DNA of 64,000 bases, from the NCBI GenBank assembly GCA_964252035.1, contig OZ176202.1, one strand, 5' to 3'. The stretch is from Podarcis erhardii (lineage: Eukaryota). Under the pieces are notes generated by a model. It worked only from the letters and a program-made list of their open reading frames with translations, was not told the DNA's origin and did not search any database. Of this stretch, positions 40,849 through 52,112 are shown in pieces. Within the stretch, counting starts at the first letter, position 1, and each line of letters opens with the position of its first letter. Both the position numbers and the translations under genes were made by a program.

Positions 40849-41647
40849 TAGTCCCCAACACAGTGGATCAATCTTTATTGTTTCAACCATGAGTAACAAC
40901 AGAGGAGAACCCCAGAGATAAAGAAAATGCAGAATAGCCTATCTGTAACAATGAAACAAAACTAGAGCATTTGGGGAAGATGTGTCAGTGACTCAGAAAG
41001 ACATACCAACAAAGCAGTAATATAAATAGTCTGGCCCATGCCCAGCCAAGCCAGTTTTACATTCTTGCAACTTTCGGTTTCAACAGAATAAATTCTACAA
41101 ACTCCTTCTAATCTTAGCAATTTTGCAAAGTAAACTGTGTGATCTTCGGAATAGCATTGTGAAGATGGAAGATAGATTTGGCTGTGAAAGCTTTCAGGCT
41201 TGCCTCCAGGTTTATCACCTTTAAATTGTATGCTCACAATGCCATTATGGTAGCTGCATGCTATATGCAATGTTATCAGATGGATATTGCGTGGCAAGGC
41301 CCCCAAAACAGCCCCTCGTGCGAACAAAATTCACACTGACACAGAATTTTGGTTTAAGGTTATTGGGCAAAATTTTAGGCCACAACTTTATTGATTACAG
41401 AAATGTGAGCGGTATTGGCTTAGGCACTGGCAAAGGACTATATGGGACTCCTGCCCCCATTGCAGGAAGTCAGTAAGGGTAAACCACCCAATGAGGAAGC
41501 CACATTGGGGGAACCCACCTGTAGCTCTCCTCAGTGTCCCCAGAGGCCTGGCATGGCCCTAGCCCCTCAAGCGGACTTCAGGCAGGATCCAGGCCCTGGA
41601 TTCCTTTAACGGAATACCCTTGGTCAGTGGAGGGGCAGGCGATGGCT

Positions 41648-41906
41648 GAGAGCCAGTGTGGTGTGGTTGTTAAGAGCGATAGATTCGTAATCTGGGGAAC
41701 CGGGTTCACGTCTCCGCTCCTCCCCATGCAGCTGCTGGGTGACCTTGGGCAAGTCACACTTCTTTGAAGTCTCTCAGCCCCACTCACCTCACAGAGTGTT
41801 TGTTGTGGGGGAGGAAGGGAAAGGAGAATGTTAGCCGCTTTGAGACTCCTTCGGGTAGTGATAAAGCGGGATATCAAATCCAAACTCTTCTTCTTCTTCT
41901 TCTTCT
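41648..41906 (+). mobile_element. Squam3-like (MIR/CORE-type) SINE with a (CTT)n tail
   Basis: GAGAGCCAGTGTGGTGTGGTTGTTAAGAGC head, CORE-like GACCTTGGGCAAGTCAC...CACCTCACAG, L2-like end and CTT tail. Confidence 0.8.
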
Positions 41907-41970
41907 CCCCTCCCCCACAAATCAATGAGCCAGTGCCTAACTGCCAAACCTTAAAAAGTTGTGATGATTG

Positions 41971-42945
41971 CTAAGAGGTAGGCGAAAACCAAGTGACCAG
42001 TGCCAATCTGCCAAATGGAAAAATAGTCATACCTTCAACCAAAGCAGGCATTTTAGATACTGCCTCAAAATGCAAATGACCAAATTTCCGGTGAAAATCG
42101 TGAATACATTCTGCATGCAAACTTTTGTTAGAACCTGCAATGCAACAAGTTTCATCCTGCACATCATCATCAAAATACAAAACATACAAACGATCAACAT
42201 ATTCAGCATGCAATACATAATCATTTTTCTTTGTGATGATGCACTTTTTGTTCTTAAAGGAAACGTCAATTTTCCGTTCATTCAGCTGTCCAACGCTGAG
42301 TAGATTATGTTTGGCATCTGGTACATAAAGCACATCTTTTATCGATAAGTCCAAACTGTGAAGAACAACAGTTCCGTAGCCTTTACTGGGGATTGTGTGG
42401 TCATCCGCCTGGTGAATCGCACCTTCCTGCGGTGTAAAAGACACGAACAGTCGCTTATCATTGCACATGTGGTGCGTTGCAGCCGAATCAACAACGAAGA
42501 AAGATCTAGACGTCTTCTGGACCTTTGCAACCTTTGGAGTGAAGCGTGAGACCATTGCCTTGTGCTGCGTTGTCCTGGACACTGGACCTTTCCCTTTGCC
42601 TCGGCCTTTTCCACGCGATGTGCTTTCGCTGTGCTGCTCTGTCTTGGCCCTGGGATTTTTGCATTCCCTCTTCATATGGCCTAGACGTCCACACGAGTAG
42701 CATTTCACTGCCTTCAAAGCTTTGGCGCCATCTGGTGGTTCCACTGCACTCTGGGATGACGTCTGTGAAGACTCCCCTTTACCCATGCAGCTATCACCCT
42801 GGCGGTCTGCTTCATTCTGAATCATGGCAGTATCACAGGCTACTCTGAGCTGAGCCTGTGGCTGATTGGCATCAGATTCCCCACTTGCATCAGCCAGCCT
42901 TCTGCAGCTAGCCATCATGACTCTGGCATTAGCCTTCTGCTGCAT
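41971..42945 (-). CDS. Copia polyprotein fragment, 324 aa: CCHC zinc knuckle, aspartic protease and GAG-pre-integrase region
   Basis: CYSCGRLGHMKREC (aa 82-95), FVVDSAATHHM (Asp153), DVLYVPDAKHNLLSVGQL, and FHRKFGH (HH half of the integrase zinc finger). The last ~16 aa appear to come from non-element flank. Confidence 0.85.
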   Translation of the reverse strand: MQQKANARVMMASCRRLADASGESDANQPQAQLRVACDTAMIQNEADRQGDSCMGKGESSQTSSQSAVEPPDGAKALKAVKCYSCGRLGHMKRECKNPRAKTEQHSESTSRGKGRGKGKGPVSRTTQHKAMVSRFTPKVAKVQKTSRSFFVVDSAATHHMCNDKRLFVSFTPQEGAIHQADDHTIPSKGYGTVVLHSLDLSIKDVLYVPDAKHNLLSVGQLNERKIDVSFKNKKCIITKKNDYVLHAEYVDRLYVLYFDDDVQDETCCIAGSNKSLHAECIHDFHRKFGHLHFEAVSKMPALVEGMTIFPFGRLALVTWFSPTS

Positions 42946-43232
42946 CTCTGCTGCTTTAAATCAAGCTGCGTCACTGTTTTCTGCAGCTGCTTTATTCCAA
43001 AAGCACTTTTAAAAGGTACTTTCGGTTTCCCCCAAGCCTATAAGCTTGTGCCTTTGAGCCTTTGCCTGTGCCCGGCAAACGGCTCTAAAAGTTCAAAGTC
43101 CAGCCATAAAGCCATTAATTAGGAGCTGGCAGGCTGCCCGGAGCATGAGCAACATACCTCTCATCAATCAACTTGACGCGCAGAGTGATCGTCTGATCCG
43201 TCCCTCTGTTCCTCTGCATTCCGATTCGACTT

Positions 43233-43246
43233 CTGGGCCCATAACC
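43233..43246 (-). promoter_or_regulatory. Copia primer binding site complementary to the internal region (nt 26-39) of initiator tRNA-Met
   Basis: The minus strand reads GGTTATGGGCCCAG; the plus strand CTGGGCCCATAACC equals the tRNA-iMet anticodon-arm sequence. It lies 5 nt from the LTR end. Confidence 0.9.
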
Positions 43247-43251
43247 AAAAA

Positions 43252-43530
43252 TGTTGTGTTTGCAGAGTCCGGAGCACAGCGGAATGATGAGGAGTACGTG
43301 CCACAAGCTTTAGATTATTTTATTTACACTTCAAAGCTGGTAGATTACAGAAAAGCATTTTGCTTCTCTGAGAGCAGAGAAAGCATCCTCTCTCCTCTGA
43401 AACACGGAGAGAACCGCGAAAAACAGGAAACCAGTGTACGTCACATCCAGTCTCCTTTCCCGTGGGAAAACCCAACAGCACAGACTGTGGAATGTAAACA
43501 CCTGTCTCGTGACAAGCACTTTGCTGCACA
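43252..43530 (-). mobile_element. 5' LTR of the Copia element (about 279 bp)
   Basis: Minus strand TGTGCAGC...AACACAACA, containing TGTAAATAAA and a CRE-like TGACGTAC; immediately upstream of the PBS. Confidence 0.75.
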
Positions 43531-44164
43531 GTGAAGAAAGCAGAAACCAACAACGATCACCCCACACAAAAGTGACTGGCCAAGAAGCCAGGGTGATCGT
43601 GGTGCCACCCTGGCATGATGGCATTACTCCGCCCATGCCAGGGGGGAGGAACCGGCCTGGGGGCCTGCCCACAACCAGGACCATCCTTAAAGATGATCCC
43701 ACTTATCAGACTAGTCATGGCAAAGGTTGACAAGAGGAGATGAGAGGAAATGAAAGGAGACTATCTATGGCAGAGCAATGGATCAAGTCCATTAGGTTGA
43801 AATCCTATAATCACTAACCTGAGACTGGGAGTAAGACCTATGGAATATAGTGATAGGCCTGCACAAGACATTTTATGGCCTGAGGAAAAGATAACATGAT
43901 GTCCACCTATTCTATGTACAGAAGCTGACTGGATTGGCAGTTGAATTTTTCTCCAATAGTGGCAGTTTTCTTAATCCTTTTTAGAAAAAAACACAAAAAT
44001 GTCTCAAAGCAGCTTAACAAGATAAAATGCAAAAGTAATCGCAACCACAAAATTTAAAGCAATGCGCAATACGAAATACCTAAAATGCTAATCCAATAGC
44101 ATCATCGTTGTTATTGTTAACAAAGGCCTCAGTAAATAAAATGTTTTTAACCCTTTAGAACGTA

Positions 44165-44352
44165 CCATACTTTTCCGTGTATGACTAGGTTTTTTCCTTT
44201 AAAAATCATGCTCAAAAGTGGGGGTCGTCTTATACATTGTCTTATACAACAACTTTGTGCCATCTCCCCCCCCCCCAATTTTCTTAAAATTGAATCCCCC
44301 CAAATAGGGGTCGTCCTATACATAGGGTCGTCTTGTAGACAGAAATGTACGG
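44165..44352. mobile_element. pogo/Tigger-type MITE (CCGTA-end family)
   Basis: TA|CCATACTTTTCCGTGTAT ... TTGTAGACAGAAATGTACGG|TA; repeated GGGTCGTCTTATAC. Confidence 0.75.
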
Positions 44353-44423
44353 TATCTTTCACTGCACCTGCAAGCAAAAGATTTGTTATGAAGAATTATA
44401 AATGTGTTACAGATACACCATCT

Positions 44424-44743
44424 AATATTATACCCTGCCCATCCGGCTGGGTTTCCCCAGCCACTCTGGGCAGCTCCCAACAGAATATTAAAAACACAAT
44501 AAAACATCAAACATTAAAAACTTCCCTAAACAGGACTGCCTTCAGATGTCTTCTAAAAGTCAGATAGTTGTTTATTTCCTTGACATTTGATGGGAGGGCA
44601 TTCCACAGCGAAGGTGCCACTACCAAGAAGGCCCTTTGCCTTGTTCCCTGTAACCTCACTTCTCGCAGTGAGGGAACTGCCAGAAGGCACTCGGAGCTGG
44701 ACCTCAGTGTCAGGATGAACGATGGGGGTGGAGAGGCTCCTTA
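44424..44743 (-). mobile_element. L2 LINE 3' fragment
   Basis: Reverse complement closely matches the L2 copy at 25775-26135. Confidence 0.88.
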
Positions 44744-45696
44744 GTCATTCAACTTCCAGGAAAGCTGAGATGAGGAGCAGTAGCCCTAGCACCTAACAAT
44801 AACAAAATGTTTAACAGGTCACCCTCAAAGAAACAAATGGGGACAATAGGAAGGATAAAATATTTCCATGATTAACCAGGCCCAAGGCAAGTGTGAACAA
44901 AGTGTATGGAAAGAACAATTCTGGCCCTCAAAACATCACAGCAGGCTTGAATCTGCCCTGTGGCAAGAGGTGGCAGTAAAACAAATCAGGACTTGTATAA
45001 AATTAGGCTAGCCTGCCTAACCACACAATGAAACAGGGAAATCTTACAGCAATACAAGTCTATTCAGCTGATCTAAAAAAAATTCATGTCATTAATATTT
45101 TGTGAGGGGACAATAAAATTTTTAAAGTTTAAATGTGCCACCCAATTGGGTTGGATAGAGAGGGACTGTCTATCCAAACCTTTACATTTTATTCTGCCAC
45201 ACCGAAGTGCAGAGTTATGGCTATCCATCATGCTAACTTACTTTTGCTGTGGAGGATGTGGCGACCATATTCTGATATTTTAAACTGAGAACGCAGTGGT
45301 GAAGATATATTTGTCAGACAGACAGACAGACACACACACACACACACACACGTCATTAACAAAAGAGAGATTCCTTTTGATTATGTGGCAAAACATTTTG
45401 GCTTCTGCCTTCATCAGTGCTGTGATAAAAGTGAAATAATACGGTTTCCAAAAGCAGCTGAGGAAGGTGGAATCTTCACAAATGTTAAAAACACTGTGAA
45501 AATGCTTTTTTAAAAAATCGTTTTGAAAAATGCATTGAATTTGCTATAGCTCACAGTCGCCATGTAGCGTCACAACTGTAAACTTCACTTTACAACACAC
45601 TCAAAATATTTTATTTACAGCTGTATAGCTGAGTCCGAAGACAGAAGCCGAAACATTTTTTTAAAAGGCTCCTGTTTTATTAATCACAGTAACATA

Positions 45697-45844
45697 CAGT
45701 GCTGTTTTTTTCTGGGGGTACGCAGGGGTACGCATACCCCTAAACATTTTGTGAATCTAAGTTTGGCCTCATTGAGGAGCAGTATTTCAATATGAGTAGG
45801 AAAATGAGAGTACCCCTAAACATTTTTTTAGAAAAAAACAACTG
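45697..45844. mobile_element. Small hAT MITE with an 8-bp TSD
   Basis: CAGTGCTGTTTTTTTCT ... AGAAAAAAACAACTG; TSD GTAACATA at 45689-45696 and 45845-45852. Confidence 0.85.
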
Positions 45845-46364
45845 GTAACATATATGTCAGTTTAGTGATCAACTAAATCTTAAAAGGAATCCAGAGCAAG
45901 CTTGCCTGAAGTAGTGTGTGTGTGTGTGTGTCTTAGATTTGAATCCCTTACTTTCCCTTGATTTTTCCAGTGTAAAGCCAACTGGGTTTTACCTGAAAGG
46001 AAACTAGGCTTGTCACACACTTTGCAGGGGACATCAAACAACTTGACTTATTCAACTAGCTCTTCAAAGCCACAGCTTAGTGTGAATAGGAGAGAAGAAA
46101 CTTCATGAAAACGTAATGAGCATGTCATCATTTTTTATTCTCTGCATGTTACAAGAAATGTAGCAGATCTGACCCCACCAAGCAACTGCATCATCCAGGA
46201 ACCTTTGAGAGGGCTTCTGGAGGCAAGGAGAATATAAATGGCAGCAGTAGTGATTAAAAATCAAGGCAAGCAGGCAATTAAGGGAACTGTAAGCATCCAC
46301 GTAAAACCTATAATGGGAGACGGGGGAAGCAAGCTTTGCTTATTGCTATATCATACCTTCCAAC

Positions 46365-46450
46365 ATTTCTCTGTGTTTTTAATATTCAGTTGGGAGCTGC
46401 CCAGAGTAGCTGGGAAAACCCAGCCAGATGGTTGGGGTATAAATAAATTG
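46365..46450 (+). mobile_element. L2 3' end
   Basis: GGGAGCTGCCCAGAGTAGCTGGGAAAACCCAGCCAGATGG...GGTATAAATAAA. Confidence 0.8.
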
Positions 46451-46730
46451 TTGTTGTTGTTGTTTAGTCATTTAGTTGTGTCTGACTCCTCATGACCTGA
46501 GGAGCTCATCTTCCAGCATCATAACTTTTATATGTCTGTTGTCTTTGTCCATGGAGTTTTCTTGGCAGGGATACTGGAGTGGCTTGCTGGTTCCTGCTCC
46601 AGGTGGATCATGTTTGGTCAAAACTCTCCACTATGACCTGTCCATCTTGGGTGGCCCTGTACGGCATAGCTCATAGCTTCTCTGAGTTATTCAAGCCCCT
46701 TTGCCATGACAAGGCAGTGATCCATGAAGG
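46451..46730 (-). mobile_element. Bov-B internal-deletion derivative (5' region fused to 3' tail)
   Basis: 46451-46497 matches the Bov-B tails at 29883 and 31506. 46497-46730 matches the recalled Bov-B 5' region (ACTCTCCACTATGACCTGTCCATCTTGGGTGGCCCT). Confidence 0.7.
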
Positions 46731-46731
46731 A

Positions 46732-46758
46732 GATGATGATGATGATGATGATGATGAT
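46732..46758. repeat. (GAT)n microsatellite
   Basis: Direct reading. Confidence 0.9.
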
Positions 46759-46793
46759 TAATCTCTGATGAAAACAAGGACATCCTGTACCTA

Positions 46794-47024
46794 CAGTGGT
46801 ACCTTGGGTTAAGTACTTAATTTGTCCCGGAGGTCCGTTCTTAACCTGAAACTGTTCTTAACCTGAAGCACCACATTAGCTAATGGGGCCTCCTGCTGCT
46901 GCCGCACGATTTCTGTTCTCATCCTGAAGCAAAGTTCTTAACCCGAGGTACTATTTCTGGATTAGCGGAGTCTGTAACCTGAAGCGTATGTAACCTGAAG
47001 CATGTGTAACCCGAGGTACCACTG
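46794..47024 (-). mobile_element. Tigger-like MITE, family A copy 3 (inverted)
   Basis: TA TSD, CAGTGGTACC TIRs and TAACCTGAA repeats. Confidence 0.92.
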
Positions 47025-47029
47025 TACTA

Positions 47030-47160
47030 CTACTACTTTTTACTACCCATCTGACTGGGTTGCCCCATCCACTCTGGGCAGCTTCCAGCATATATAAAAA
47101 CACAATAGAACATTAAACATTAAAAAAATTCCCTATACAAGGCTGACTTCAGATGGCTCA
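47030..47160 (-). mobile_element. L2 3' end
   Basis: CCCATCTGACTGGGTTGCCCCATCCACTCTGGGCAGC after a (TAC)n tail. Confidence 0.75.
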
Positions 47161-47176
47161 GAATCAGATAACTCCA

Positions 47177-47316
47177 TGCCCTCTAACATTTATCTGATGA
47201 AAAAGGGATGTGACATCCTAAGGAAAAGTGGGACAGGTCTGGGATCAAATCAGAAACCAGGACAGCTTCTGTAAATCCAGGAATGTCCCTGGAAAATAGG
47301 GACACTTGGAGGGTCT
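47177..47316. mobile_element. hAT-like MITE with GGGAC repeats
   Basis: CCCTCTAAC ... TTGGAGGG inverted ends; repeated GGGAC/GGACA motifs. Confidence 0.55.
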
Positions 47317-47523
47317 TCTATATGCCACTGTAAACTTAAAATTAAAGCCTTTTGTGTAAGGTTTTTGTTTGTTTGGGTTTTTATTTCTTTTTAGATTCTG
47401 AGACACCTGTGATGGGTCCTAATTTTTTTGTACAAGGCAGTTCGATCAGATTATAAAGCTAGTTTAAAGGTATTATTAATATTCATTCATCTGGGATAGT
47501 TACTCCTTATTTTAGCCCTAAAC

Positions 47524-47560
<37 letters not shown>

Positions 47561-48330
47561 AATAATAATAATAATTTTTATTTATACCCCGCCCTCCCCA
47601 GCAAAGGCCGGGCTCAGAGCGGCTTACAAGCAATAATAAAAACAAGTTGAATGATTACAACTTAAAAACAAAATTAAAGTACAACATTAAAATATTGAAA
47701 CATTAAAATATTAAAATGTAGCCTCATCGCAGGAGGTGAAGGAAAGGAAAAAAGAAAGAGAGGGAGGGAATCAAATTGGCTCCAAGCCAAAGGCCAGGCG
47801 GAACAACTCTGTCTTACAGGCCCTGCGGAAAGAAATCAGATCCTGCAGGGCCCTGGTCTCATGAGGCAGAGTGTTCCACCAGGCTTGAAAAGGCCCTGGC
47901 TCTGGTTGAAGCCAATCTAACTTCCTTAGGGCCCGGGACCACTAGGGTGTTGCTATTTATGGACCTTGAGGCTCTCCGTGGGGCATACCAGGAGAGGCAG
48001 TCCCGTAGGTACGAGGGTCCTAGGCCGTGAAGAGCTTTAAAGGTCAAAAGCAGCACCTTAAATCTGACCCGGGTACTCTACCGGGAGCCAGTGCAGTTTG
48101 AAAAGCACTGGGTGAATATGCTCCCATGGCAGAGACCCCGTGAGGAGCCTCACTGCAGCATTCTGCACCCTCTGGAGTTTCTGGGGCAGCTTCAAGGGCG
48201 GCCCTGCGTAGAGCGAATTACAGTAGTCAAGCCTGGAGATGACCGTCGCATCGATCACTGTGGCCAGGTCGGGGTGGGAAAGGTAAGGGACCAACTGCTT
48301 GATGCGGCGAAGGTGGAAAAATGTCGCCTT
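47524..48330 (-). mobile_element. L2 LINE 3' fragment (ORF2 C-terminus plus UTR and (TAA)n tail)
   Basis: ORFs 48058-48294 and 47859-48056(-): SRLDYCNSLY...LQRVQNAAVRLL...LHWLPVEY; LLLTFKALHGLGPSYL...RARAFS. Confidence 0.93.
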
Positions 48331-49699
48331 GAAATCTACTTTGAAGAGCTGTAGGTATCAAGGAATATTAGCAATATACTGGTGTGTTTCATAGTTCTGG
48401 TGGCCACAACAATGGAGTTCCTCTGGGATCTTGATGGCTGCCAATGACAGCTGCTATTTTTTCTTGGGATTTCCTAGAGTGTGAGCCAAAAGCATTGCCC
48501 TCATGATGTGACATAACCACAGCGCTAAGTCAATCTGAGTGAGGGCAATTCAGGAATGTAGTGTATTAATAAAGGAACACAGCCTGTTTTCCTTCATAAT
48601 CTTCATTTTCCTAGAGTCACTAGAGTGATTATGTCCTGAGATTTAAAATACGAGCATGAGGTGACCAATGTTATGTTTTTGTTAAATAAAGCAAATTTGC
48701 AAATAACTGTGTGTTTCACCCCCTTCTATCATATTCTGTGACTCAGTTTCATAATGGGTTAATATATTTAAGAAATGGGTTGTTCAGCTGCAACAAGTTT
48801 TATCTTTTTAGAAAGTGTCTGAAAAGCCATGCAGGTGAATGGAGGAGTTGCTTGACTGAATTTTATGAATTGAGATGCTGACTAATACCTGCTCCTTCCA
48901 GCGAAGTTATTATGCTTTTTCCAGGTGTTCTTGCTTTTAGGAAGTGTGTGTTGTGACAGTTTCGGATTCAATCCATAAGCAGATTTTGTTTCTGCTACTT
49001 TGTGATTTATTTGTTTTCTTGGAGATCGGTTCAGCAGTACTTAAATTAACATTTGTCTTTTCTTACACTGACATGCAGTGTCAAATTGGAATACTTTCCC
49101 CGTGCATTGTCAGGCTGAAACCCTCACTGGAGAGCTATCATGATAATAGGTGGAGAGGTTAAAGAAACTGTAAATGATGGCATTTCTTTCCTGCAGCCTT
49201 GGTTCATAGACTTTTTGTGACTGACACATTATTATGAAATTGCTGAGAAGCAGAATCACAGAGCACAAATTAATTCATTTTGAGCATTGGTGGACGTGGC
49301 AATTTTAAGAAAAATCTTGCTGACAGTGAAGCTGCATACACACAGAGCCATAATTTGGTTCTTGCTTCTTTCTAAAAAGAAAGGTCTGGTGACATGCACA
49401 CTGAATTGCTAGGGAGCTGAATGTAAGTAATTTACTGAAGCTAATGCCTACCAATGACTGTAAGTTTCAAAAACAAGACAGAGACTTGACACTAATTTCC
49501 AGGGACTGTACTTCTCAACTTAATGCCTTGTGGATCTCTCTCTCTCTCTCTCCCTCTCTCCGTGTGTGTACACTTTGGAGTGCAGCCTTACATAATTAAG
49601 TAGCATTAAGATGCTTATCAATGGCATTCCTATGCAAATAAAGAAAATATGTTTGAGGCATGCAAAGGACTTCCTTTCACAGGTCCAATAGCACTTTTG

Positions 49700-50340
49700 A
49701 GGGTTAATCAGATCTAGCACATACCAGTTCAGACAAATGGTATAAGCAGAGAGTAGAATTATCCTGGATTCTCCCATGAAAGGAAGCACCTAGAAAGCAC
49801 CCCAGGAGCCCACTCAAAAGAATAAATAAATTCACACACCTTTGTGCTATGGTGCAAGAAGGACAATACACTTCTTCCACATTTGATCTTGCCATGACAA
49901 TGGTGTTGCATCGCCACACGCATATACGTCATAGTCTGATAGATGATTTTTGTGTCCACCCAGGGTTCCACCAACCACCCAGGTACACATCTATGTGGGA
50001 CACCAATATCTCTGCAGCACCTTGCACTCTCCAGAAATCAACTCTTGAGGGTTTGGGGATCTTCTGGAACAGTATAGGCAGCTGCAGGGAGATCTACCCA
50101 TGACCAGTGTTGTTCCATCAAATGGTTTCCAAGGATTGAATAAGACCTTCTGTTCATAGACAGCTAAGTTTGGGTTCGTCTTTCTGTATCTTGTGAAGAG
50201 CACTTCAACTATACAGAACTGCAGAAGGGAAGCATTTATCAGGAATGTGTTTGGTTCCTACATCAAAGCATTCTGGAAGGACAAGGAACACTCACAACGG
50301 ACATGTATCTTGGCCAGAAAGCCTTGGTAACATCCTTAAA
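49700..50340 (+). pseudogene. Highly degenerate LTR-retroelement reverse transcriptase remnant (tentative)
   Basis: KFTHLCAMVQEGQYTSSTFDLAMTMVL...LIDDF resembles RT motifs (FT.LPQG..NSP..F..AM...YxDD). Confidence 0.3.
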
Positions 50341-51803
50341 AGTCACCAACCAAGACCACAATCCTAAACGCACTTACCTAGGAGCAATAAGTCAATAGCA
50401 CTTCTCATGTTGGGACTACACTGTAATCTCCCCCCCCCCCCATTACTTCAACAATGAATAGAAATTAAGGTTTCCTGTACCCCGCATACTTCCAGGTGTC
50501 AATCCCTTGCCTTTAGGATTGTGGAAATAATATCCTTCTTTAGGATATAGCCTTCAAGATTGTGGAGCTAGGAAGAAACATCAAGAAAGCAAATAACCCC
50601 CCAGTATACGTAGTGTTCCTGCCTTCTCTTGGTGTTTGGAAGCTAAGGAAGTAAATCTTCACAGGATTCCTTTGGGAATATGTGGGTTTGGGTAAAGAGA
50701 AGTGTACTGAGCTGATGAAGCGTTCCCTTTATGACAGCAATATTGCTAAGAGAGTAAATAATATAGAAAAAAAGTATATGCTTGTCATAAACCTAGAGTT
50801 AAGAATCCGTAAACTGTTTTCATTCCAATCTATTTACTTGCTGGGTTTAAAGAAATGAGTTCTGTCAACCTCTGCCTTGACTTTTTAATGCAACTTGTTC
50901 TGTAAAACTCATTTCTCAGTGCTACTGGCAAAAACCTTATTCTGCTAAGCACCCCACACTGGGCTATTGATGAAAATAATTTATGCAAAACATGAATTCC
51001 CTTTTGTTTGTTTGTCAGCACTTCAATGGGTCCACTGTGAAATGAATGTTCTTTAAATCCTGCAGCTTTGTGGGGTTTGTGAGGAAAGCAAGTTTTAAAT
51101 GGCATAGCAACTCATCTGTGAAAAAAGATGTGAAAAAAGTTTTTCATCAAAACATACTTTTTTTAAAAAAAATGGGCTGGAATCACACCCTTTGTTGTGC
51201 GGATGTTGTAAAATCGCATGATTTAGACTATTTAAAGCATAGCGAAATACAAAGTGGATAGTCTGGTACCATTCCCAAATCTCTGCACAGTCAGCAGTAG
51301 GTTACATGTGCATATCCTGCTGTGTTGAGGAATTACCAATCTACATCAATTCAGTCTTGCAAGCAGGGAAATTTGAAACGCTCTTGCCACCCTGCAAACA
51401 GGTGGCTGATATATTGTCAGAGCTGACCCTGTTGGCCATTTGATTGACCCTGCACACACACAGTCCCCAGTTCATCAAGGGGAAGCTTGATGTGTAGACT
51501 TGATCACTACATGGAATGTTTTCTACAATGCATCATTATGTCCTTTTCTGTTCAGGGGATCCACTTTGGTTCAGACAAGGGTACAGTACTGATATTTTGA
51601 GATTGCAACAAATGCATATAGGTTTGGTTGGAACAGGGTATCTAAGGGTTAAAATGCAGAATCTGGCAATCAGATACAAACAGCACTATTTTTCTAGGAA
51701 AAAAAGGTGCAGGAACTTACCATGAACGCCTCCTTCATTCTCTTAGAATGGCAATGGTGCCCTCCTGAGAAGTGCCAGTACTGAGTTCTTGGCAAGTTCC
51801 AGC

Positions 51804-52112
51804 CAGGGCTGTCTTAAGCATATGTGGCACTGGGGTGCAAAGATCTGCCCGGCGCCTCCCCCCAGGTTGCCGAGTCTCAGGCGCGCAGGAGGGCGGAGCT
51901 GGCCAGCCGGCTCAGCGTCTTGCTGGCTCAGTCGCCCCCGAACTTGCAGCACAGAGCCGCCCGCAGCAGAAGAGCCCACTGTGGTGCTCCGAACAACAGG
52001 TGGGCTCTTCCTTGGACTCAACTCTTGGGCCCCGGACTCTTGGCCTGGTGCCCCTGAGAGCCCAGTGCCCGGGTGCCCTGCACCCCTAGCGCCTATGGGT
52101 AAGACAGCCCTG
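51804..52112. mobile_element. GC-rich hAT MITE with 13-bp perfect TIRs
   Basis: CAGGGCTGTCTTA / TAAGACAGCCCTG; 8-bp TSD GTTCCAGC / TTTCCAGC. Confidence 0.88.

Larger units (their letters stand above)
42022..43530 (-). mobile_element. Ty1/Copia LTR retrotransposon, 3'-truncated (5' LTR, PBS, gag-NC, PR and start of IN)
   Basis: LTR-like TG...CA segment, copia-type PBS, and domain order zinc knuckle > protease > pre-integrase (Copia order). RT, RNase H and the 3' LTR are absent. Confidence 0.9.

Noticed and set aside
40880-41230. Possible L1 ORF1 remnant (KMEDRF...GLPP)
   Set aside because: Similarity is too weak to support by eye.
43145-43534. 129-aa + strand ORF next to the Copia ORF, as a possible accessory or captured gene
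   Set aside because: It is the antisense reading of the Copia LTR/PBS, has no recognisable domain, and ends at the LTR boundary.
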